This document shows positions 46,905 to 55,847 of a stretch of DNA of 64,000 nucleotides, one piece after another. A model generated the notes under the pieces. That model saw only the letters and a list, made by a program, of their open reading frames with translations, made no database searches and had not been told where the DNA came from. How positions within the stretch are numbered: the first letter of the stretch is position 1; every line of letters starts with the position of its first letter. The DNA lies in the IMG/VR virus record IMGVR_UViG_3300025154_000087, positions 1,359 to 65,358 of that record; one strand, written 5' to 3'. The translations under genes and the position numbers were made by a program. The stretch is from a virus (Duplodnaviria > Caudoviricetes).

Positions 46905-48229
46905 AACATAATCCTTATCGAATCGAATTTAAAACTGATATGGGCCGAGGGTTGAAGTTGCTTCACTAAATCAGTAACTTCCTCCACTGATGGGTAGGCT
47001 TTTTCTGTACCAAAATAGCGGAGATCATCAATAGCAATTACATGATGAAGTTTTGTTGGAAGGATACTCTTGATTTCCTCCAAAATAGGGGTATGTTTTC
47101 TTCCATCATGGGCATCCAACCAAAACAAAGTTGGGTCTTTTATTTCCTTCATTATCTCTGGGAGGACTTTCGCGCTATCTCCCTGGTAAAGTTTGATATG
47201 CTTATGGTTTCGAAGTTTTGTCTTTACTTTTTGGTAAGCACTTTCCACTAATTCGACCGAGTACATTTTATCAAAATGAGTGGATAAAGCCTCCAAGGCT
47301 GCCCCTCCCCTGGTCCCTGTTTCAACAAAGGTTCTCAATCCATGTTGTTTTGCAAGTTGGGCCAGGTGTCGATCCTTCAATTCGTGACTGGGGGCTGTCG
47401 ATCTTCCCCATTGCCGCCAGCCGAGTAAATCGGTCCAACCTAAATTTATATTCTTTGATCCCCGCCATCTCCCTAAAAGTGCTACATCAGTAGCAAAACT
47501 CAAGGCAGCAGCCCACCAACTTAGTGTCCCATGTTGAAAAAGAATCTTGTCGAATTTCCTCATATAATCAAAGTCAGATTGAACAGAATTTCCTACCCGA
47601 ACAACTGGGTTATAAGTCATCAATCCATCATAAAGGGTATTGAAGTAACTGGCTGCCGTTTCAGAATCAATCCGACTTTCAGGTTTTACCCCTCGATGGA
47701 ATACCATGCTATCGACATCCCCGGCAAAGATTGGTCTCCAAACAGGCATATCAGTGACAATATGTAATCTTCTAAAATCGAAAGAATCAATGGTTTCTCT
47801 GAATTCCTGTATGCTTACGAAATTCTCTTCTTTGTAAGTAGACGACATAATGAGACGATCCCCAAGACGCAGATGAAACACAAGATCCAAAGTATTGTCG
47901 CGAGGGACATCAGAAAACCATGAACGGATTTCTCCCAATATGGGAGTATATAAAGTGAAATCCTCCGGATAAATCTTGAGATCATAATTTACCATCCTTT
48001 TTTCTTTTAATATTTGATGATAATTAACAGGATTCTTCGAACTACCATTAATCTCAATAACCGGGTACTCCGAATTGAACTTGATAGATTTTCCCTTGAT
48101 TCCCAAGACCGGTAAATCGGGATGACTTAGAACTCCCCCAATGGAGTTCGATAATAGCCGAGCGTAGACATATTGGAATATATTATTTCCGGCACCATTA
48201 CTAAATCGAACTTTAACGACGGGTTTCAT
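46901..48229 (-). CDS. GT11 (alpha-1,2-fucosyltransferase-like) fused to a SAM methyltransferase
   Basis: G-x-GN-x-x-FQY, H-x-R-x-GD, T-x-SWWAA; C-terminal FVETGT, GDS, FWLDAH, IDD-x-R. Confidence 0.8.
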   Translation of the reverse strand: MKPVVKVRFSNGAGNNIFQYVYARLLSNSIGGVLSHPDLPVLGIKGKSIKFNSEYPVIEINGSSKNPVNYHQILKEKRMVNYDLKIYPEDFTLYTPILGEIRSWFSDVPRDNTLDLVFHLRLGDRLIMSSTYKEENFVSIQEFRETIDSFDFRRLHIVTDMPVWRPIFAGDVDSMVFHRGVKPESRIDSETAASYFNTLYDGLMTYNPVVRVGNSVQSDFDYMRKFDKILFQHGTLSWWAAALSFATDVALLGRWRGSKNINLGWTDLLGWRQWGRSTAPSHELKDRHLAQLAKQHGLRTFVETGTRGGAALEALSTHFDKMYSVELVESAYQKVKTKLRNHKHIKLYQGDSAKVLPEIMKEIKDPTLFWLDAHDGRKHTPILEEIKSILPTKLHHVIAIDDLRYFGTEKAYPSVEEVTDLVKQLQPSAHISFKFDSIRIML

Positions 48230-48951
48230 TATTTAATCTCCCTATAAGGAAAAGAAAAGAGTTTAATTTCGTGCTCCCTTCCCTCTTCTTTCTTTTTGTC
48301 TTCAATCCGTTTAAGTGCTAATGGATCACGTCCTTTACCTTTCCGAATCATTCCAGTGGTACTGGCATCTGCTATCACTTCCCTGGGATATCGTACTAAA
48401 GGGATTGATAATCTTTTATTTCCTTCAGCGACCTTAAATGCTCTTGCTCTATATCGGCCGGATGTCCCATAATTCCCGGAAAGTTCTTCATCATAACCCC
48501 CGATCTTCCAGTATAGATTCTTAGTCATCATGAAAGAATCATTATGGGGTTTATAGGGAATATTGAAAGGAGCATCGACACGCTCAAATAAGTAAACAAA
48601 TTTTTCATTCAAATTATTTTTAGAAATTGTCCGAATCAATCTTTCCATGTCACCAACTGTAATAAGATGGTCCATGTCTGTTAATAATAACCATTTTCTT
48701 TTTGAATATTTTGCTCCAATATTTCGACAGGCAAGCCAATTCCAATTTACTTTTTCTAAAATTTCGAATCGATTTAATTTTATTCCCTTGGGTTTTTCTT
48801 GAATATTTCTAAGGGGAAAGTTAACAGAACAATCATCGGTAACATAGATTGTTAATTGTTGCTTAACTTTCTCTGAATATCGAGACCACTCCTCCACTTG
48901 TCGTCGATACATTTCCGGGTTCTCGTAATAGGCATAAATAAGAGATAACAT
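48229..48951 (-). CDS. GT2-like glycosyltransferase
   Basis: VTDDCS, RNIG, LTDMD (DxD), IGGYDE. Confidence 0.8.
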   Translation of the reverse strand: MLSLIYAYYENPEMYRRQVEEWSRYSEKVKQQLTIYVTDDCSVNFPLRNIQEKPKGIKLNRFEILEKVNWNWLACRNIGAKYSKRKWLLLTDMDHLITVGDMERLIRTISKNNLNEKFVYLFERVDAPFNIPYKPHNDSFMMTKNLYWKIGGYDEELSGNYGTSGRYRARAFKVAEGNKRLSIPLVRYPREVIADASTTGMIRKGKGRDPLALKRIEDKKKEEGREHEIKLFSFPYREIK

Positions 48952-49026
48952 ATAATCCCTAAGCCGATAAGATCTGAACAAATATCCAACATAACCCTAA
49001 AGTAATAGAGAACCCTACAAAATCGA

Positions 49027-49686
49027 TCAAAGCGTTTCGCATACTTCCTCCAGAGTCATTCTTTCAAATAGATTTAAAGCACCAGCAGGGGTTGTATTTA
49101 TTATCCGTAACCTCAACCTCTTGGCATCCTTTGCAATCCTTGGCCAGCACTCCATGAACCTTCGATAAGGATCATAAAGTTTTCCGGTAGTCTTACTTAT
49201 TTTGACCCCGTAGTCATTATGCCAGTGGTCTTGGTAGTCTTTTCTATCATTTGGGATCTGCATATCAAATCCAAGAAGAACAATTGTTGATGCACCCAAC
49301 CAATAAGCCAAATTTATAGCAGAAGCCCCCGAGTTATGGTTCCATCGAACATGATTCCTGCTCTTTGATTCAATCCCATCGATTCTTTCCCTTGATCGCC
49401 CTACGTAATTGATTCGATTTTTATGGATCCTATCTTCTGGGGTAGAACAAGTAACGATTAACCCTTTATAATACTTAATCTCTTTGCCGGCTCGATCGTT
49501 ATACCAGGATTTATCCCCAAACCAACAAATATCAACCCATGATCCCAGTTTATAGGCCTGATTTACTCCGATTACTCTTCTATTATGGATTAAAGTTAAA
49601 TCCTGTTGTAGTAAACTTGGCCCTCCCCCAATGATAAAGATGGTAGAATTAGGCCAAATCTTAGGGATAGTCCATAAATCCCGCAT
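49027..49686 (-). CDS. Maf/DUF115-like (sialyltransferase-related fold) protein
   Basis: IIGGGPSL, IGVN, NSG-x-x-AINLA-x-x-LGA-x-x-I-x-LLGFDM. Confidence 0.75.
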   Translation of the reverse strand: MRDLWTIPKIWPNSTIFIIGGGPSLLQQDLTLIHNRRVIGVNQAYKLGSWVDICWFGDKSWYNDRAGKEIKYYKGLIVTCSTPEDRIHKNRINYVGRSRERIDGIESKSRNHVRWNHNSGASAINLAYWLGASTIVLLGFDMQIPNDRKDYQDHWHNDYGVKISKTTGKLYDPYRRFMECWPRIAKDAKRLRLRIINTTPAGALNLFERMTLEEVCETL

Positions 49687-49688
49687 AG

Positions 49689-50231
49689 TTACCTTTTGTT
49701 CAATCGGAAAAGCGTTATGGCCTCCCGCAAATCCTCAGAGGTATCATATTCCGGCCGGACAATAATTTTCTCCTCTTCCATCAGAGAGACCAATTCATCC
49801 CACTCCAAATTCAGTAGTTCTTTGGGGATATCTAAAAGGGATTCCCGAACGGTCTTGGTTTCTTCCGCCATTTCGATAATCTCTTCTGATGGCGGAACAT
49901 AGGAAATTTGGTTAAAGAATTCCAAAGCCTCTTTTTTCCGTAAGGGCTTGTCATTAAAGGGTTTGTCCATGTTATCGGGATTTACTATATTATAAAAACC
50001 CCCGCCTTTAGGTGTGATAATAAAAGGGACCGTAGAAAGTTCCTTCTGGGAAGATTCCCCAACTTCTTTTAAGCTTTGCCCCAACAGCATGTAGTCTTTT
50101 GCTTGCTTCCCTAAGGATCGTTCAGAACATTCGACCACTTGACCGGGAGCAGCCGAAAAACGGACCCCATTAAAAGTAAAGACATGCCGGCCCGTACTGG
50201 GTTTCTTCTTCCATTTCCGTGTAATATCCAT
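49689..50231 (-). CDS. hypothetical protein following major capsid gene
   Basis: GGG-x-YNIV...N-x-K-x-L-x-K-x-EA motif; RBS AGAGG. Confidence 0.65.
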   Translation of the reverse strand: MDITRKWKKKPSTGRHVFTFNGVRFSAAPGQVVECSERSLGKQAKDYMLLGQSLKEVGESSQKELSTVPFIITPKGGGFYNIVNPDNMDKPFNDKPLRKKEALEFFNQISYVPPSEEIIEMAEETKTVRESLLDIPKELLNLEWDELVSLMEEEKIIVRPEYDTSEDLREAITLFRLNKR

Positions 50232-50249
50232 TCTCGAAACCTCTTGGTT

Positions 50250-50284
50250 AAAAAGAACGGCAGAGATCGCACCTGCCGTTCTTT
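50250..50284 (-). terminator. intrinsic terminator after major capsid gene
   Basis: AAAGAACGGCAG/CTGCCGTTCTTT stem with T-run on minus strand. Confidence 0.7.
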
Positions 50285-50309
50285 GTATTACTTAATTGCC
50301 GGCAGGTGC

Positions 50310-51404
50310 TTAGGACAGTACCGTTACTCCGCAATGGCCGTTCTGATCCGCCCGAATCTGCGGAACCATGATCGTCATTACCTTATAATTGGTCGTAAAA
50401 CCGCCGCCTTCTTGCCATTCCACCGTGGTAATTGCCATACCCTCAACCATACGAACAGTCTCGGAGTTCATTTCGACCAGGACAACCGTATTTGCCGGGA
50501 GCTTATCGGCGACTTTGATTTCTTCAATCCCTGAAATACCTTCTCCGGTGGTCGGATTGTACTTGATCCGGGCGCGGACAGTTTTATCAGAGGCTGCTTT
50601 GAAATCATCATCCAGAACGGTCTCATATGCAGTCGGCACATAGAGAACCCATGGGCCATGATGCATTGCATCGATGGAGGCTTGTTTCATTGACTTCACA
50701 TCATCAACGATCTGTTCCCCAGTCTTGCTGGCATTATCCCAGGCCAATGAAAGAGTGACATCATTGTTATTGGGATGGTCGATATAGCCGTAGATGGTCC
50801 CCCCACCATAGGTATAGCTGGAAGCTCCGTTAAAGAGCATATCCTCAATCTTCTCAGCAACAACGCGAGAGGCCATGGCCGCGGCCGTGGTGTCAAGATT
50901 GGAACCGCCATTACGGGAAGCGGTCAATGTCCGAATGTTGAAAGAGAAATCCTTATGGGCGATGGGCAAGGGCAAATATTTCAGGTCAAACTCCGGGCGA
51001 TCCTTCCGAGTCCGGGTGATAGCGTCCATCGTCAATTCGGCCGCAGTAAACTCATTCAGGTCCTCATACTCAAGAACGGTGGTCCCGAGACCATTACCCA
51101 GGCGAAATACCAGGTTCCGGGCATACAGGTCTTTAACACCGATAAGACGCTGTTGAGCCGCGAACAGGATAGCGGTATCCAGCTGCTTCCACTCATCTTT
51201 TCGGAGAGTTGCAGCATTGGCAATCGGGATAGCAGTCGGAACTCCATTCACATTCATGGTAATGTAAGAGCGTCCATTGGTCCCGATCCAGGGTTTCAAT
51301 ACATTAATATTCATCCCGCTGGCCAGCAGCTTCTGAGCGACCGGTCCTTGGGCAGCACCATTCTGGATAAAATCCAAGGTAACTTGGTCCATTCCTTTCT
51401 TCAT
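50310..51404 (-). CDS. major capsid protein, HK97 fold (Linocin/encapsulin-like)
   Basis: TLR-x-DEW-x-x-LD, PLPI-x-HKDF, V-x-EK-x-E, P-x-IR-x-D; follows protease and decoration genes. Confidence 0.85.
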   Translation of the reverse strand: MKKGMDQVTLDFIQNGAAQGPVAQKLLASGMNINVLKPWIGTNGRSYITMNVNGVPTAIPIANAATLRKDEWKQLDTAILFAAQQRLIGVKDLYARNLVFRLGNGLGTTVLEYEDLNEFTAAELTMDAITRTRKDRPEFDLKYLPLPIAHKDFSFNIRTLTASRNGGSNLDTTAAAMASRVVAEKIEDMLFNGASSYTYGGGTIYGYIDHPNNNDVTLSLAWDNASKTGEQIVDDVKSMKQASIDAMHHGPWVLYVPTAYETVLDDDFKAASDKTVRARIKYNPTTGEGISGIEEIKVADKLPANTVVLVEMNSETVRMVEGMAITTVEWQEGGGFTTNYKVMTIMVPQIRADQNGHCGVTVLS

Positions 51405-51450
51405 TTTTTCCTCCTAACTATTTTATTTTTAGATCAAAAATCAGTTTTGC

Positions 51451-51936
51451 TTATGCAATTTCAACGGCTATCCGCGAACTTGCCGGATCAGCACCAGAAG
51501 AATCGCTCAGGTCAATCGCTTCCATGGCCCAACCGATAATGCACTCGGTATAGATGGTAGTGGTATCGGCGGACTCATTATCATCGATATCAGCAACATG
51601 CTTGCGCAAGGTACCATCGCCGGCGGACTCCAAAGGATCCCCAATCACGATAGTTTGACCATCAGCGATTGTCGCCAATACCTCTTCCCCGCGAGCCATG
51701 ACATTGTATTGTACGATGGATGCTGCGGCATAGTCGTCGCTAATGGTCTTGCCCTGGAGATCATCCTCGACTGCAAACATTCTTTGAGCATTACCGGCGG
51801 CGGTGGCATGTTTTCTGACTTTCCCAGTGCTCATTTTTTCGATGAGATGACCAGGGGTTATTGTAGCATTTGCAATCGCTTCTTTCCGGATTCCCAATCC
51901 AGAGAGAACAATTGTTTTCGGGGTCGTTGAAGCCAT
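51451..51936 (-). CDS. capsid decoration/cement protein
   Basis: A-x-x-x-ITPG-x-L, GD-x-L-x-SAGDG-x-L; directly upstream of MCP. Confidence 0.75.
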   Translation of the reverse strand: MASTTPKTIVLSGLGIRKEAIANATITPGHLIEKMSTGKVRKHATAAGNAQRMFAVEDDLQGKTISDDYAAASIVQYNVMARGEEVLATIADGQTIVIGDPLESAGDGTLRKHVADIDDNESADTTTIYTECIIGWAMEAIDLSDSSGADPASSRIAVEIA

Positions 51937-51985
51937 TTTTCTTCTCCTTGTTCTTTATATTATTTTTATAGACCGAAAAATCAGA

Positions 51986-53566
51986 TTACTTTTTCTGACC
52001 CAAACTTTCCGAAAGGGTCATGGGGACATAAGGCTCTTCCCCATCGTCCTTGTTGACAATCTTTGTCGACGCGGGATTGAGCCCGGAATAATCGACGCCG
52101 GTAGCGACAGGAAGCAAGGAAACGATGGATTCCAACATAGAGAGATCCATATCCTTGAACTGATCGTCGTTGAATTTATTTCGCTCGTTGGCTTTGATTT
52201 GTCCGATCATCTCGCCGCGTTTCCGGTCGAGTTCCCTCATCCCAGCATTAAGAACCGAGCGAATGGGGGCGGGAGCATCGGCAAGGAATTGATTGAGGAT
52301 TTCGGCCGGGGTTTTCGGGATGTCCGCCGTCACAGTTACAGTTCCGACAGCCGGAATAGCAGTATTGGTCTTCATGGTTTCGGTTTCTTCGGGGGCGCCC
52401 ATGTTGGCGACAAGTTTTTCCTGTTGCTGGGAAGTCAGGGAAAGCAACCACTCCCGGTCGGCTTCCACAAATGCTGTGTTTTCATTGGAGATAAGGGCGT
52501 TTACCATCATCTCCCCACACTTTTTCTTCATCGCAGGGGTTGTTGCATCTTTGCACTTCATTTCATCGGTCGGCATGTTGGTATTCTCCTCTTTGTTTGT
52601 TTGAACTGCCTTTTGTTTATAGGTGATTTCTTCCACTACTTCGATTGGTTCCCCTTGCAGAACAATATTATCGGATGTATCGAAACCATACCCCTGTTTC
52701 AATAACATTGATGTTCGGGGTTGTCCTTGAGGCCGATCATCCTGAGAGTAAATAAAATAGTCAGAATAAACGGCCCTAAGATAATTTAGTCGGGTCATGT
52801 AATCATTCTTGATATCCCGAATATCCAGCCCATCGACATAACGGCGGATTTTCTCGAGTTTAACCCCCATTTCTTGTTCATTATAAATATAAACAAGATT
52901 CGGTTTTTGTTCAACTCCTTTATTGACCCGTACTCCGCAACCATCATCCCAACTACAAGCTCCTTTTTGATTGGGGAGAAGAGCCAGGTGGTCCGGTATG
53001 ATTTCTAATACTTTGGCTGCATATTCTTCATTGTTCCAAGATCCAGCCACATTATCCTGGAGAGCTAACAATCCGGTGGAGACATCAAGTTGTCCCCCGT
53101 TATCGAGGAAAGTAAGCAGTTGGGGGTTAAAGGAATTGGCCCGAGCGACATTCAACCACAAATCAGCTTTAAGCTTACCCCCTTCAAATCGAACATTGCG
53201 GACGGTCCCAATCTCCCATTGAGCCCGGATAGCCCCGTCACTATTGCATAAGATGTATTCCCCAACTTGATTAACGGGATGACCAATAGTAACAGGCATG
53301 TTGTTCCATGCCATTGTACTTGCATTGATTACAGAGGAGGAGTAATAAACCGGCTCAGAACCAGCCCCATGATGAACCCCCTCGACCAACAAGACACAAG
53401 GGTATATTCGATAGTCAATATTACCCTGCCGTCTGGGCTGGGAAACAAGATTGAGTTGCTCCCCTACGCTCAATATTAACATCATCTTCGACTCTTCCCC
53501 ACTATTAAGGAATGTTTTATAAGATGGGTCACTTTCTAATTTTGAAATATCGATCAGTCCTTTCAT
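51986..53566 (-). CDS. prohead protease/scaffold (DUF2213-like)
   Basis: PVT-x-GHP, VSTG, PDHLALLP-x-x-x-GACS-x-x-DGCG. Confidence 0.85.
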   Translation of the reverse strand: MKGLIDISKLESDPSYKTFLNSGEESKMMLILSVGEQLNLVSQPRRQGNIDYRIYPCVLLVEGVHHGAGSEPVYYSSSVINASTMAWNNMPVTIGHPVNQVGEYILCNSDGAIRAQWEIGTVRNVRFEGGKLKADLWLNVARANSFNPQLLTFLDNGGQLDVSTGLLALQDNVAGSWNNEEYAAKVLEIIPDHLALLPNQKGACSWDDGCGVRVNKGVEQKPNLVYIYNEQEMGVKLEKIRRYVDGLDIRDIKNDYMTRLNYLRAVYSDYFIYSQDDRPQGQPRTSMLLKQGYGFDTSDNIVLQGEPIEVVEEITYKQKAVQTNKEENTNMPTDEMKCKDATTPAMKKKCGEMMVNALISNENTAFVEADREWLLSLTSQQQEKLVANMGAPEETETMKTNTAIPAVGTVTVTADIPKTPAEILNQFLADAPAPIRSVLNAGMRELDRKRGEMIGQIKANERNKFNDDQFKDMDLSMLESIVSLLPVATGVDYSGLNPASTKIVNKDDGEEPYVPMTLSESLGQKK

Positions 53567-53581
53567 TGTCTTTCCTCAATT

Positions 53582-53758
53582 TTATTTTACATCAATTTCT
53601 CTTACCAACTTGATGTCTTCTAATTCCTGCAACTTTTTCTTATTTTTACTTATCCGGGCGGCCCTGATAGGATCATCCACAGCTGCATTGCAATCAGAGT
53701 TAAATTGTAATTCCCCATTTACTATTTCTACAGGGGGGATTTCTACTTGGATCATCAT
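53582..53758 (-). CDS. small protein downstream of ART
   Basis: ATG directly after the ART stop; 58 aa. Confidence 0.45.
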   Translation of the reverse strand: MMIQVEIPPVEIVNGELQFNSDCNAAVDDPIRAARISKNKKKLQELEDIKLVREIDVK

Positions 53759-53759
53759 T

Positions 53760-54446
53760 TTATTTCTCCCATCCTTCATCGAAAAATTTGCCTTCCATAG
53801 CAATATCTTCGATCTTTACTCTTTCAACTCCGCCTAGAATAATAAACTCTTTCTCCCTTACATGGGATAGAGTAACCCCCGACATTAAATCTTTATGGAC
53901 AATAACATGAGAACGAGGAACTTTTTTCCGAATAACCACCCCGTCAACATCTCCTAAAGCGAATTCCTGAGCAATTCCCAAATCAGAACTATATCCGGAC
54001 AACCCCCGATCTTTAAAAGGAATAGATTTTGGTTTTGATTCTCTTAAAATCCCGGTCCATTGTCTTCCTGTCCTTCCATCGGTCCCCCGGTATACAGTTA
54101 CAGATTCAATATTATTGAACTCCATATAAGCTTGATTGAAAGCTCTTAAACGGATATATTCTCCCTCTTTGATGAAGTGTTTATACTCTTTATAGTAACT
54201 AATATTATTAAACCCGGAACGAATAGAAAAATCATTCCAAGAAAGGGTCTTTTCCATATCTGTAGCAACGGCCCGAAGAAACATAGGGTGATCAAAGTTA
54301 GTATCATCTTGCCATTGATGAAGAGCATTAAACCCATTCGGGAAGTAAGTTTGAAATTTCTTTTGAAGTATCTCAGTAAACTTGGGAGAATAAGATCCTT
54401 CTACCCCAGAAGAACCTGTTTTTAGAATATCCTCTTGTTTTTTCAT
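53760..54446 (-). CDS. ADP-ribosyltransferase-like domain (R-S-E clade)
   Basis: VYRG, SGYSS...A-x-x-F, EKEFI; in frame with upstream MuF. Confidence 0.7.
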   Translation of the reverse strand: MKKQEDILKTGSSGVEGSYSPKFTEILQKKFQTYFPNGFNALHQWQDDTNFDHPMFLRAVATDMEKTLSWNDFSIRSGFNNISYYKEYKHFIKEGEYIRLRAFNQAYMEFNNIESVTVYRGTDGRTGRQWTGILRESKPKSIPFKDRGLSGYSSDLGIAQEFALGDVDGVVIRKKVPRSHVIVHKDLMSGVTLSHVREKEFIILGGVERVKIEDIAMEGKFFDEGWEK

Positions 54447-54458
54447 AAAATCCAGGAA

Positions 54459-55502
54459 TCAAGCCTTCTGTTGGATATAATAGTCCTTCCATGTTGGGTC
54501 TTTAATCATATTAACCACTGGATCTACAATAACAGGTTCTTCTTTATCCTTTGGAATATGGGGCAATGCAACACATCTGCATTGAGGATGAACAGGAATC
54601 AAATTTTCAGCTTCATCCACTGAGAATATTTTCTTATCCAAGGGGGAACACCTCTTACATACTCGGTCATCCCCAGCGGTCAAATACTCCACCTGGATCT
54701 TTATACCCATAACCCCGGCTGCTCGGTATTCCCCAATATTTGCGGAATGATGAGCTCTTATGGTTTCAGTCCTAGCCAATACCTCGGCCCTTCGTTGGCT
54801 GTCAATTTTTCTTCCGAGACTATCAGTAATCTCTAAACTTTCCCCTCGACCGGTAATTGTCTTATCCAACAATTTAGCCAACTCAATAGGATGTTTGCCG
54901 GCAGCCATCCCCATAGCCAATACGTCAGATACAGCCGATTCCATTTCTCCGGTAATGGACTTAAGCGAAGAATACGCTCTGGTATAAATCAATCCAACTC
55001 GATCAGCATGGACCATTGAATTAAAAGCAACTTGGATAGGATTTCCCCCCAAGGAACCATCATCAATTTCAACTCCCTGTTTCTTTAATTCTTGCCGGGA
55101 TCTTTTTATCCCTTGTTGATAAGCAGAATCAATATAGGTTTTCATCCAACTGTCTCGAGCTTCAGTCGGAGAAGATACCAGGGAATCCCTTACAATCTGT
55201 ATTCCAGACTTTGCATTGCTGAGAATGTACTCGTTATTCTTCCCGTGTAACCAATTAACAAAGGCCTCAATCTTTTGGTCAGATCGAGGGAAATTGAACT
55301 GCTTAGCAGACAACCCTGCAGCATTGAACATTAGCCGATTGGTTTCAGTAAGGGCCAATACATCCAAATCGATGAGTGCTTCCTTTATATCCTTCATCAG
55401 TTGAGCAAACTTCGACCTCATAGCCGCAACAAACCGTTGACGGGTCGTTATGGTCCGTGTAGGATCGACTGCATTGATAAATAGAAAAATTGGACCACCC
55501 AC
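54459..55502 (-). CDS. MuF / SPP1 gp7-like head morphogenesis protein
   Basis: DPTRT, LARTE, D-x-RVC-x-x-C, IPVHPQCRC. Confidence 0.9.
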   Translation of the reverse strand: MGGPIFLFINAVDPTRTITTRQRFVAAMRSKFAQLMKDIKEALIDLDVLALTETNRLMFNAAGLSAKQFNFPRSDQKIEAFVNWLHGKNNEYILSNAKSGIQIVRDSLVSSPTEARDSWMKTYIDSAYQQGIKRSRQELKKQGVEIDDGSLGGNPIQVAFNSMVHADRVGLIYTRAYSSLKSITGEMESAVSDVLAMGMAAGKHPIELAKLLDKTITGRGESLEITDSLGRKIDSQRRAEVLARTETIRAHHSANIGEYRAAGVMGIKIQVEYLTAGDDRVCKRCSPLDKKIFSVDEAENLIPVHPQCRCVALPHIPKDKEEPVIVDPVVNMIKDPTWKDYYIQQKA

Positions 55503-55844
55503 TTATTCCACCTGACCTTTAGTAATTGTTACAGGGAGAAACCAAGTATAATCAGCACTACCACCGTCTGGGGTATGTTGTATCTCCAGATAGGCATTGC
55601 CTTGATAAGTTATATCAACCGTGCTCAATCCTGAAGTCAAAATAGCAACGATCCCGGAGCCCCAATTTGCCCCTTCTTCATCCGGATCCTGATCAACTAC
55701 ATCGGTATACCGGGTCTTATGATTAAGGGATACCAAGGCCGATTTCACAGCATCAGCAGAATCGATAGAAACGGCAGATCCATTAATTAATAATCTAACC
55801 GTTATCAAGGAATTGTCACCTGTTATTATTTCGGGGCGGCTCAT
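55503..55844 (-). CDS. virion structural protein (Ig-like)
   Basis: I-x-x-GD start, beta-rich, in head module. Confidence 0.5.
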   Translation of the reverse strand: MSRPEIITGDNSLITVRLLINGSAVSIDSADAVKSALVSLNHKTRYTDVVDQDPDEEGANWGSGIVAILTSGLSTVDITYQGNAYLEIQHTPDGGSADYTWFLPVTITKGQVE

Positions 55845-55847
55845 TTT

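Noticed and set aside
50775-52705. Long antisense ORFs (50775..51539, 52199..52705, and 12678..13067)
   Set aside because: They shadow well-supported genes on the other strand, and lack RBS and recognisable motifs.
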